From positions 191,414 to 255,413 of the forward strand of contig DJHJ01000014.1 of the NCBI GenBank assembly GCA_002433055.1: a stretch of 64,000 nt of DNA, written 5' to 3'. The position numbers and the translations under genes are program-made. Positions 1-8,510 of the stretch are shown here, one piece after another. Every line of letters begins with the position of its first letter. The first letter of the stretch is position 1. The notes beneath the pieces were generated by a model, which made no database searches, was not told where the DNA came from, and was given only the letters and a program-made list of their open reading frames with translations. Source of the stretch: Acidobacteriia bacterium UBA6623 (lineage in GTDB: Bacteria; Acidobacteriota; Terriglobia; Bryobacterales; UBA6623).

Positions 1-91
1 CAGCTGCTCTATATTTAGTTTCGTTGTAAGATTAGTCCCCGGTGGAAGTTTTTGGAATACTCAGGTTTAATGGTTCTTGCGAACACCCTGA

Positions 92-166
92 GCGGGAGTA
101 GTTCAGCGGTAGAACGTCAGCTTCCCAAGCTGAATGTCGCGGGTTCGATCCCCGTCTCCCGCTCCA
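92..166 (+). tRNA. tRNA-Gly (anticodon CCC) with encoded CCA
   Basis: 75-nt cloverleaf read by eye. Acceptor GCGGGAG/CUCCCGC; D-arm GUUC-AGCGGUA-GAAC; anticodon arm UCAGC-UUCCCAA-GCUGA (anticodon CCC). It has a 5-nt variable loop, T-arm GCGGG-UUCGAUC-CCCGU, discriminator U and a genomic CCA. Confidence 0.93.
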
Positions 167-235
167 GCCCCTTTGTTTTTTATTTCGGCTTGCGTTTTCC
201 TACGAATGGAACGCACTCTTCAATTGCTAAACTAG

Positions 236-970
236 TTGCAGTTATTCGGTGGAAGTAGAACAAACGTGGTGGCCTATTCAGCTCAAAGAAATGCGGAAAC
301 TGTTTCTCTGGTGGGGGTGGTTTGCACAGCGGCCATGCTGACAGCTGCACTGTATCTGATATTTGTCTGGGCACCTAATGAACTAACAATGGGCGTGGTG
401 CAGCGCATCTTTTATTTCCATGTTCCTTCGGCATTTACTGCTTTTCTAGCATTTACTATCGGTGGAATTGCAAGTATTCAATATCTTCATAGACGAGAAA
501 ATCGATACGATAGCCTTTCAGTTGCTTGTAACGAGGTCGGGTTGGTTTTTGCTGTGGTCAATCTACTTACTGGCATGCTGTGGGCCAAACCAGTATGGGG
601 AGTCTACTGGGCTTGGGATGCTCGTTTGACGACGATGTTGTTGTTAGCCCTGATTTACGGTGGATATCTGATATTGCGCAGCTCCATTGACGATGATAAT
701 CGACGGGCTATTTGTTGTGCAGTGGTGTCGATTTTTGGCATGGTAGACATCCCTATCGTATACATGGCCAACAGATGGTGGCGAACGCAACACCCTCAAC
801 CGGTGATGTTTGATTCTGCGGGAGGTCTGGATGTCAACATGCGTGTTGTTCTCTACTGTACTTTCGTGGCGATGTGTGCTCTGCTGTGGGTCATGGTGCG
901 TTCACGCAGTAGACTGGAAGATCTACGGAGAGAGAGTGACGCTCTTAGGCGCGAAGTATACGCGAGATAA
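236..970 (+). CDS. ccmC: Heme exporter protein C (cytochrome c maturation system I, CcmC)
   Basis: Translation carries the Trp-rich WGxxWxWD signature (KPVWGVYWAWDARLTT) and flanking conserved His contexts (FYFHVP, WWRTQHP). Several TM segments are present. The true start may lie downstream of 236. Confidence 0.88.
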   Translation: MQLFGGSRTNVVAYSAQRNAETVSLVGVVCTAAMLTAALYLIFVWAPNELTMGVVQRIFYFHVPSAFTAFLAFTIGGIASIQYLHRRENRYDSLSVACNEVGLVFAVVNLLTGMLWAKPVWGVYWAWDARLTTMLLLALIYGGYLILRSSIDDDNRRAICCAVVSIFGMVDIPIVYMANRWWRTQHPQPVMFDSAGGLDVNMRVVLYCTFVAMCALLWVMVRSRSRLEDLRRESDALRREVYAR

Positions 971-1039
971 CGCTGGTCGAAATTATGTTCGTCGATTTTC
1001 ACAACAGAATGTATTCCTGAAAGAAAGAGCGAGTCTGAC

Positions 1040-1195
1040 ATGGAAGAGAACTTAAAGTGGCTTTGGTATGCTTTCGGAACAGCTTGGGTTTTGCACGTCC
1101 TATACCTGGGTTCATTGTTGATTCGCACAAAAAAACTAGAACAACAGCTGCAGAACCTGAAGGCGTTGATAGAAGAAAACGACCGAAAAACTTAA
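1040..1195 (+). CDS. ccmD: CcmD-like small membrane protein (51 aa, below ORF-track cut-off)
   Basis: ATG at 1040, TAA at 1193-1195. Translation: MEENLKWLWYAFGTAWVLHVLYLGSLLIRTKKLEQQLQNLKALIEENDRKT. It has one TM helix plus a charged tail and lies directly after ccmC, where CcmD normally sits. Confidence 0.6.
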   Translation: MEENLKWLWYAFGTAWVLHVLYLGSLLIRTKKLEQQLQNLKALIEENDRKT

Positions 1196-1309
1196 CCCTC
1201 TTTTCACCAACTCTACATTTTCCTGAGTGTTTCCTTGGTGTTCCTAGACCGATTTGGAGCCCACCATCATAGGCGTTTTGCAGAGCGAGCTGTGCTAGAG
1301 GTGTCTTAA

Positions 1310-2389
1310 TTACGGCAGGGTTGGTGCTTCAATTGGGTAATTGACATTTAACTCTTGCAAAAAAACGACAATGTCCGCTTTTTCTTCGTCGCTGAGGTTC
1401 GCATCTTTAGCATCCTTCAGATTTTTTTCGTCAAGCCATTTGTTAGCTTTGCCTCCACTTGCCATCAGATCGACCGCTTCTTCTAGAGTTGCGATACTGC
1501 CATCGTGAAAATACGGTGCTGATCTACCGACATCGAGCAGTGTCGGAGTTTTGAAGGCTCCTGTATCTTTTTCATCACCACTAACTTTGGAACGTCCTAT
1601 GTCGGGATTCTTCTTATCCATACCAATGCCCACGTTGTGATATTGCAGGTCGGTTAGCAGGAGACCATCATGACAGTTGGTGCATTTTGCCTTCTCAGTG
1701 AAGATTTTCCACCCATTTTGAGCCCTTGTACTTAGTGCCGACTGGTCTCCATTGTTAAAACGTTCCCACGCTGAATCAGTGGCAACGATGGTTCGCATGA
1801 AGGAGGCCACAGCTTGCGCTACAGTGTCAGGCGTGGCTGGTCCCCCAAATACTGATTGAAACTGCTCATGATAGCCAGGAATTTCATTGAGGCTTTCACA
1901 GATTTGATCCATGTTTGGTGCACCATTCTTACCAGAGGCACCCATGTTACCGCCACTCCATGCACCTTTGACTTGTTTTTCCAGTGCACCACTGCGGCCG
2001 TCCCAGTAGAGCTCAGAGTGGTATCCGACATTCCACAACGACGGACTTGATCGCGTCAGTGTTTTTTCAAATGCACCGATGGCAACAGGTTTGCCGTCCG
2101 TGAGTCCATATTCCTTGAGATGGCAGCTGTAGCAAGAGCGGCTTCCGTCACCACTAAGTCGCTGATCGTAATAAAGTTGTTTTCCGAGTGCAACTTTTTC
2201 CTCAGTCATAGGATTGTCCAGCGGTACTGGCATAGCTTCATAACCTTGCAGCTGTGGCCACGCTGGCTTTTCTGAGGAATGTTTTTCAGTGGGTGGGTTT
2301 CCACAACCAACAAAAACTACTGAGAAAATTGCAACAACCATTAAGATCCAAAAGTGACTTTTCACTTCAAAAAAGTTGCAGAGTGTCAT
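1310..2389 (-). CDS. Di-heme cytochrome c peroxidase (CCP/MauG family)
   Basis: Signal/TM N-terminus and two CXXCH motifs (CYSCH, CTNCH). Also has the family-typical FKTPTLLDVGRSAPYFHDGS block. Confidence 0.88.
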   Translation of the reverse strand: MTLCNFFEVKSHFWILMVVAIFSVVFVGCGNPPTEKHSSEKPAWPQLQGYEAMPVPLDNPMTEEKVALGKQLYYDQRLSGDGSRSCYSCHLKEYGLTDGKPVAIGAFEKTLTRSSPSLWNVGYHSELYWDGRSGALEKQVKGAWSGGNMGASGKNGAPNMDQICESLNEIPGYHEQFQSVFGGPATPDTVAQAVASFMRTIVATDSAWERFNNGDQSALSTRAQNGWKIFTEKAKCTNCHDGLLLTDLQYHNVGIGMDKKNPDIGRSKVSGDEKDTGAFKTPTLLDVGRSAPYFHDGSIATLEEAVDLMASGGKANKWLDEKNLKDAKDANLSDEEKADIVVFLQELNVNYPIEAPTLP

Positions 2390-2583
2390 TTGATGTTTCC
2401 CCCAAGACTGCAGTTTGTACGAAACTACCTAAGGTATTGCCGTCAATTGTAGCTTTCAGATTATAGAGTGGCAAGGGGTTTAATTTGTGATACTGCTGTG
2501 TCATCGCAACAAGAGTCTTTGTGATGACCCCAGCTATTTCGGACGGGAGATACGTGTGAGTAAGCACTACAATAGGCTTAGCT

Positions 2584-4374
2584 ATGTGGCTTAGAAGTTT
2601 GATCCTATTTGTTGGTTTGTCCAATTTTGGATTGGCAGTACTCCTTGCCGAGGAACTTTTTCCCTTGGAGGCAGTGAAGACTGGAATGATGGGTACGGGC
2701 CAAACCGTATTTCAAGGACGTAAGGTAGAAGAATTTCAAGTGGAGATCCTTGGTGTGCTTAGGAATGTTGGACCGAAACAGTCCATGATCTTAGCTCGAC
2801 TCAAAGGGGAACCACTAGACAAGACCGGTGTAATTGCAGGGATGAGCGGAAGCCCCATTTATCTTGACGGCAAACTAGCCGGAGCCGTAGCCTTCACTTT
2901 TCCATTTTCAAAAGAGCCGATTGCAGGCATCCGTCCAATCGTGGAAATGATCAACCAGGACAAAAAAGGGCTGCACCAGTCAACACCCGATGAAACTACA
3001 CTAGCGGTATTTGCGAGCAGCCTAATAGGAGAAGGCTCTGAGCTTCTTGGTGCTGATTTACCTACGTCGCCTCCACCTGTTTTTTCTGGCGAGGCAAAGT
3101 TGATTCCTATCGTAACACCAGTCAATCTTGCTGGATTTTCTAGCCGGACTCTCGACGTTTTCGGGTCTCGTTTGCAAGAGTTGGGATTGGAGCCAGTACA
3201 AGGAATAGCAGGTGGTCGACTAGGAGAATCGCATCCTGACGAAGAGAAACTGAGACCCGGGTCGATGATTTCAGTCGCTCTGATCCGTGGCGACTTCGAG
3301 ATGAGTGCCGCAGGCACGGTGACCTATATAAGTGGCCGGCGTTTGTATGCTTTCGGTCATCCCTTCCTGTCAAGTGGTTCTGTTGAGCTCCCCTTTTCTG
3401 CAGCAGAAGTAGTGACGCTTGTGCCCAATTTGAGCAATTCATTTAAGATCTCAGAAAGTGGTTCTCTCCTGGGAACGATTGTCAATGATCACGCAGGTGG
3501 ATTGACTGGCATCGTTGGACAAATGCCTAGTCTTACATCCGTGCGGTTGCGTCTGAAATGGAACCGCGGGATAGAAGATTATTCCTTTGAATTGGTGCAA
3601 GATCGCCTGCTTACGCCTTACTTGCTACAGATGGCTCTCTTTTCTTCTATTGATGCAACTCATCGGCGGATCGGTGCCTCCACGTTACGTATACGTGGAA
3701 AAGCTCGTTTTGGTGAGGGTCTCCCCCCTCTGTTACTCGATAATGTTTTTTCTGAACCAACAAACACAGCTCTTTCGGCTGCTACATCTACTTCCTCGGT
3801 GCTGTACCATGTCTTACTCAACAAAAACATCACCCTAGAGGAGATAGATCTTGCTATTGAGGCTGATGACCACGAGAAATGGGCTGAGATTGACCGTGTC
3901 TGGACGGATAAGGTGAGTGCGCGAATTGGTGAAACTGTTGAATTGTTTGTTGCGCTGAGGGGTGCTGATGGAAAGGAATACATAGAAAGTCTTCAGTATC
4001 GTATTCCAAAAGGCATTCTGCCCGGTGTGTATTATCTGACTTTTACTAATGCGGAAGTGGTCAATCGTATGGAACGAAAAAACTTTCTCGGGCTTCGGCG
4101 CACCAAGGAGCCTGCGCAGCTGATTAACGCCCTTAACCGTTCGCGACAGAACGACCGATTGTATATTCGCATGTGGCGGCCTGAAGCTGCTTTTCGCGTA
4201 AACACCGAAGCGCTGCCGTCCTTGCCAGCTTCGGTAGCCACAATACTGGCGTCTGCGGCGTCCGGTGGATCTTTGTCACAGGATTGGCGTTCAGTACCGG
4301 TAGAACTGAAGCTACATCCTGGACTAGGAGTAATCCGCGGGAATGTTACTACACAAGTAAATATACAACCATGA
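2584..4374 (+). CDS. Secreted SpoIVB-like serine peptidase (S55 family) with long C-terminal extension
   Basis: Signal peptide, then a GMSGSPIYLDGKLAGAV serine block (codons 2839-2856). A later AAGTVTYISGRRLYAFGHPF block has its His codon at 3358-3360. Both resemble SpoIVB blocks as I recall them. Confidence 0.7.
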   Translation: MWLRSLILFVGLSNFGLAVLLAEELFPLEAVKTGMMGTGQTVFQGRKVEEFQVEILGVLRNVGPKQSMILARLKGEPLDKTGVIAGMSGSPIYLDGKLAGAVAFTFPFSKEPIAGIRPIVEMINQDKKGLHQSTPDETTLAVFASSLIGEGSELLGADLPTSPPPVFSGEAKLIPIVTPVNLAGFSSRTLDVFGSRLQELGLEPVQGIAGGRLGESHPDEEKLRPGSMISVALIRGDFEMSAAGTVTYISGRRLYAFGHPFLSSGSVELPFSAAEVVTLVPNLSNSFKISESGSLLGTIVNDHAGGLTGIVGQMPSLTSVRLRLKWNRGIEDYSFELVQDRLLTPYLLQMALFSSIDATHRRIGASTLRIRGKARFGEGLPPLLLDNVFSEPTNTALSAATSTSSVLYHVLLNKNITLEEIDLAIEADDHEKWAEIDRVWTDKVSARIGETVELFVALRGADGKEYIESLQYRIPKGILPGVYYLTFTNAEVVNRMERKNFLGLRRTKEPAQLINALNRSRQNDRLYIRMWRPEAAFRVNTEALPSLPASVATILASAASGGSLSQDWRSVPVELKLHPGLGVIRGNVTTQVNIQP

Positions 4375-6755
4375 CCACTGCGTTCATCCCCACTTTTCAT
4401 CTGAGATCTCTTGCCATATATGGCATGGTGTTTGGGTTGATTGTTTTTCTCCCTGTGCCGGTAGTGGGTTCTTCTACACAGATTTGGGAACTCAACGAGT
4501 ATGAAGACTTTCTATTAGGAGAGTTTGAGAACGTTTCACTTCTTCAGTCGGGTGCATTATCACCAGTACCACAACTTACTTCTCTTTTTGATTCTGACCA
4601 GCCAGTAATTTGGACAGTAGCGGCAAGTGTTGATGGAACTACCTATATTGGCACCGGCCATCAAGGCAAGATATATCGATTGGGCAGGGACGGCAAAGTT
4701 AATTTGTTTTGGACTGCCCCGGAGATTGAAATCTTTGCTCTGGCTGCGGGTCCTGACGGGGAAGTCTATGCCGGAACTTCTCCGAACGGTAAACTGTACC
4801 GGATTACTAGCCAGGGATTGGCGAAGGAGATTTTTGACCCTGAGCAAACATATATTTGGTCACTCGTGGTTGTTCCTGCCCCGACCTCTGAAAGACATAA
4901 TGGACCAACAGTCTATATGGCTACTGGCAGCGAAGGGAAAATATACAAAGTAAAGGCATCTGGACAGGGGCGGGTTTTTGCCGAAACCAAACAACGACAT
5001 GTTGTCAGCCTAGCTCTTGATGCTAGCGGTCAGTTACTGGCCGGCACGGATCCGAATGGGATCGTTTACCGAATCGATCCTAAAGGAAAGATATTTGCAC
5101 TGCATGATGCGGATCAACCAGAAGTACGTTCTTTGCAGGTTGCTCCCAATGGCGACATCTACGCGGCTGCGATGGGAAGCATCGTCTCTCAGATCAACCA
5201 AAGAGTCTCATCTTTTGCATCTACTTCAGTCGGTGCTACGGCCACAATTGCAGTGAACACAGAATCGACAGGTCCAACACCTCCGAAAATTTCTCCTGAC
5301 GTCCAATCGGCGCTCAACGTTGTCCAGCCTGTGGTTGCTTACCCAGGAATGGAACGTTCGGTTTTGCTTCGAATTCGATTGAATCAAGGTGTTGAGAAGC
5401 TTTGGTCTTCGAGTGAAGAGAATATTCTAGCAGTCGGCATTCTGACCGATGAGACTGTTGTAGGTTTTGATAATACGAATGATTTAACTACTAGGACACG
5501 GATTCTTTTTGCTACTGATCAGAAAGGGAGAATCTATGAACTGGGCAAATCGCGCCGTGGTACTCAAAGACAAGTACACTTGGTGACCGAGAGTGGGCAT
5601 CAACAAATCACACAACTGGCGAGAGATGGAGAAGGTTTGCTTGTTGCCTCTGCCCATTCGGCTGGTCTAAGTCGCTTCAAAAAACATGGAAAGATTGTGG
5701 GAGTCTATAAAAGTGCCATTCACGATGCCAAGGCTTTTGCCCGTTGGGGGCGATTGACATGGGAAGGAAAGGACGCCGATTTGGAGCGTGTGGCGATCGT
5801 AACTCGTAGTGGAAATTCCGCAGTTCCAGATGCGAGCTGGAGCGAGTGGTCTGAGGAAATTAGAGGTGCAATTGATTTGGAAGGCGCAGGAACCTTTGCA
5901 GGCAATGTAAAATCACCGCCAGCACGTTATATACAGTGGAAGGTTACCCTTGCAAGCAAAAATCAAATTACTCCTCTGCTGCGCAGGGTGCGTTTGGTTT
6001 ATTTGCCTCGCAACTCTCCACCACACATTACCGATCTGAAGGTTACGGCATCACAGGAAAGAAGTACTGTGCCTTCTGTGAGCTCAACAACCTCGATGTC
6101 TTCCGGCTCCAAAACTGATTCAGCATATAGCATTACGGTAGCCGCATCAGGTTCATCTGCTCCTACTACTGCAAAAGCAACCCCACAAACTGTTTTGGGT
6201 GGAGATTCTCGAAAAAACATGAAAATCTCTTGGGAGGCAGGAGACCCTGACGGAGACAAGCTAACTTCAGTAGTTTCTTTTCGTGAAATTGAGGACTCAG
6301 CATGGAAAGTCATAAAAAAGGATATCGAAGGTAGCTACGTTTTTCTCGATAGTGAAACGCTGGCAGATGGGGTATACCGATTTCAAGTTGTGGTTTCTGA
6401 TCGGACTGAAAATCCCACCTCAGTTTCGTATGAAGCCAAGGAGATTAGTGAGCCGGTTTTGGTTGATCATACGCCACCCAGTATTGGACGGATAGAGATC
6501 AACAGGCATAATGCAGTAGCCTTTGAAGCAATAGATAGGGATTCAGCCTTGGTCATTGCCGAGTATGCCATTGATGCTGGAGAGTGGATCCCAATTTATC
6601 CCGTGGATGGGATTCTTGATTCCCGTCGTGAAAGCTTCTTGATCCGATTAGAAGACCTGCCAAGTACTGAACATTTACTGACAGTACGTGTACGTGACCG
6701 ATCAGGTAATTCGGGGTTGGGCAAAGTGTCGATCCCAAATTCAGATCAGCAATAG
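4371..6755 (+). CDS. Secreted/membrane-anchored beta-propeller-like repeat protein with C-terminal Ig/Fn3-like domains (function unknown)
   Basis: ATG at 4371 overlaps the upstream stop (ATGA) and is followed by a hydrophobic signal/anchor (LAIYGMVFGLIVFLPVPVVG). Repeated units of about 40 aa follow: GTGHQGKIYRLGRDG, GTSPNGKLYRITSQG, ATGSEGKIYKVKASG, GTDPNGIVYRIDPKG. The C-terminal part has WEAGDPDGD and DGVYRFQVVVSD type Ig-like signatures. The longer ORF from 4284 is probably not used. Confidence 0.6.
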   Translation: MTTAFIPTFHLRSLAIYGMVFGLIVFLPVPVVGSSTQIWELNEYEDFLLGEFENVSLLQSGALSPVPQLTSLFDSDQPVIWTVAASVDGTTYIGTGHQGKIYRLGRDGKVNLFWTAPEIEIFALAAGPDGEVYAGTSPNGKLYRITSQGLAKEIFDPEQTYIWSLVVVPAPTSERHNGPTVYMATGSEGKIYKVKASGQGRVFAETKQRHVVSLALDASGQLLAGTDPNGIVYRIDPKGKIFALHDADQPEVRSLQVAPNGDIYAAAMGSIVSQINQRVSSFASTSVGATATIAVNTESTGPTPPKISPDVQSALNVVQPVVAYPGMERSVLLRIRLNQGVEKLWSSSEENILAVGILTDETVVGFDNTNDLTTRTRILFATDQKGRIYELGKSRRGTQRQVHLVTESGHQQITQLARDGEGLLVASAHSAGLSRFKKHGKIVGVYKSAIHDAKAFARWGRLTWEGKDADLERVAIVTRSGNSAVPDASWSEWSEEIRGAIDLEGAGTFAGNVKSPPARYIQWKVTLASKNQITPLLRRVRLVYLPRNSPPHITDLKVTASQERSTVPSVSSTTSMSSGSKTDSAYSITVAASGSSAPTTAKATPQTVLGGDSRKNMKISWEAGDPDGDKLTSVVSFREIEDSAWKVIKKDIEGSYVFLDSETLADGVYRFQVVVSDRTENPTSVSYEAKEISEPVLVDHTPPSIGRIEINRHNAVAFEAIDRDSALVIAEYAIDAGEWIPIYPVDGILDSRRESFLIRLEDLPSTEHLLTVRVRDRSGNSGLGKVSIPNSDQQ

Positions 6756-6787
6756 TTGGTCACTTCCCTAACCCTGATGCTATCTTA

Positions 6788-8497
6788 GTGCGCATGCGAA
6801 ACCCAAAGACACTACGCAGTTACCAGTGGTTTGCTGGCGAGGAATATGAAAACTTTGCTCGGCGAGCAGCTCTTCGATCAGAAGGGCTCACCCCAGAGAT
6901 ATTTTCCGGCAAGCCTGTCATAGGTATATGTAATTCGTGGAGTGAGTTGACCAACTGCAACGCTCATCTGCGCCAAGTAGCTGAATCTGTTAAGCGTGGT
7001 GTTTGGTCGGCGGGTGGCGTGCCGCTGGAATTTCCTACGATTTCCCTGGGTGAACTCTTCATGAAGCCGACTACGATGCTATTTCGTAATCTCATGTCAA
7101 TGGATGTCGAGGAATCAATCTCTGCTAACCCTATAGACGGGGTAGTCCTTCTTTCAGGTTGCGACAAGACGACACCTGCACAACTGATGGGGGCTGCTAG
7201 TGCTGATCTTCCCGCCATTATGGTAACGGGGGGGCCGATGTTGAGCGGACGCTGGGGCTCAAAAGCATTGGGGTCGGGAACTGATGGGCGGCGTGTGTTT
7301 GAAGAGCTCAAGGCAGGAAACCTTACGGAGGAACAAATTTGCGAGATTGAAAGTTGTATTACGCGTAGTGTCGGTCACTGCACTGTTATGGGTACAGCTT
7401 CGACGATGGCGTCCATGGCTGAAGCCTTGGGGATGACGTTGCCTGGCAACGCTGCGATTCCTGCTCCTGATTCTCGGCGCTATCAACTTGCCGAAGCCAG
7501 TGGCCGACGAATTGTTGAGATGGTCTTTGAAGACCTTCGTCCTTCAGCACTTTTAACGAAAGATGCCTTTGAGAACGCTATACGGGCTGATATGGCTATT
7601 GGCGGATCAACCAATGCAGTAGTTCATTTAATAGCTATTGCGGGACGGCTAGGCGTAAATTTGACCCTCGATGATTTTGACCGTCTTTCACGTGATACCC
7701 CATTTATTAGTAACGTAAAGCCATCTGGGGAGTACCTAATGGAAGATTTTTATTACGCTGGTGGATTGCCCGCCGTTATGAAAGAGATTCTTCCGCTACT
7801 GCATGACCTACCGACTGCAAATGGCAAGACGGTCGTTGACAATTTCAGCGGGGCGAAATGTTCGAACCCTGATGTAATAAGTACTCTTGAGAACCCTCTC
7901 GGCACAGAAGGTGGCACGGCCATCCTTTATGGGAACTTGGCTCCTTCGGGTGCAGTTATCAAACAAACGGCAGCTTCATCACATCTGCTAACTCATCGAG
8001 GCAAAGCCGTGGTGTTCGATGACTACAGAAAACTCAAGACTCACATAGACGACGATGATTTGGACATTGATGAGAATTCTGTATTAGTGCTTCAAAATGC
8101 AGGACCAAAGGGTGGTCCAGGGTTTCCTGAATGGGGACACTTACCCATCCCTGCCAAATTGTTGAAACGCGGCGTGCGAGATATAGTCCGAATCAGCGAT
8201 GCTCGTATGAGTGGTACGAGTTTTGGAACAGATGTTCTACATGTGTCTCCTGAATCGGCCGTAGGAGGCCCTTTGGGAGCTGTGCAGACAGGTGATGAGA
8301 TCGAGCTTGATGTCCCGAATCGAAAACTGGAGTTGCGAGTTGACGACAACGAGATCAAGAGGCGACTGGCTGACAGAAGAGCAGTTCCTGTGCACTATGA
8401 ACGTGGCTACGGCAAGCTTTTTCTTGATCAAGTAACGCAAGCCCATGAAGGATGTGACTTTGGGTTTTTGCGCTCCATAGATAAGGGAAGACGATAG
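6788..8497 (+). CDS. IlvD/Edd-family dehydratase (sugar-acid dehydratase-like branch)
   Basis: 569 aa with typical IlvD/Edd blocks: GICNSWSELTNCNAH, LLSGCDKTTPAQLMGA, GHCTVMGTASTM, AIGGSTNAVVHL, SDARMSGTSFG. The N-terminus LRSYQWF resembles the arabinonate/xylonate dehydratase type. Confidence 0.85.
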   Translation: MRMRNPKTLRSYQWFAGEEYENFARRAALRSEGLTPEIFSGKPVIGICNSWSELTNCNAHLRQVAESVKRGVWSAGGVPLEFPTISLGELFMKPTTMLFRNLMSMDVEESISANPIDGVVLLSGCDKTTPAQLMGAASADLPAIMVTGGPMLSGRWGSKALGSGTDGRRVFEELKAGNLTEEQICEIESCITRSVGHCTVMGTASTMASMAEALGMTLPGNAAIPAPDSRRYQLAEASGRRIVEMVFEDLRPSALLTKDAFENAIRADMAIGGSTNAVVHLIAIAGRLGVNLTLDDFDRLSRDTPFISNVKPSGEYLMEDFYYAGGLPAVMKEILPLLHDLPTANGKTVVDNFSGAKCSNPDVISTLENPLGTEGGTAILYGNLAPSGAVIKQTAASSHLLTHRGKAVVFDDYRKLKTHIDDDDLDIDENSVLVLQNAGPKGGPGFPEWGHLPIPAKLLKRGVRDIVRISDARMSGTSFGTDVLHVSPESAVGGPLGAVQTGDEIELDVPNRKLELRVDDNEIKRRLADRRAVPVHYERGYGKLFLDQVTQAHEGCDFGFLRSIDKGRR

Positions 8498-8510
8498 ACA
8501 TCCGTTTCTC

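Noticed and set aside
1-91. Possible 3' end of an upstream gene (frames ending at 27-29 or 65-67), perhaps ccmB.
   Set aside because: It is too short to recognise, and neither tail is diagnostic.
52-258. 68-aa ORF at the window start.
   Set aside because: It reads straight through the tRNA-Gly gene, so it is an artefact.
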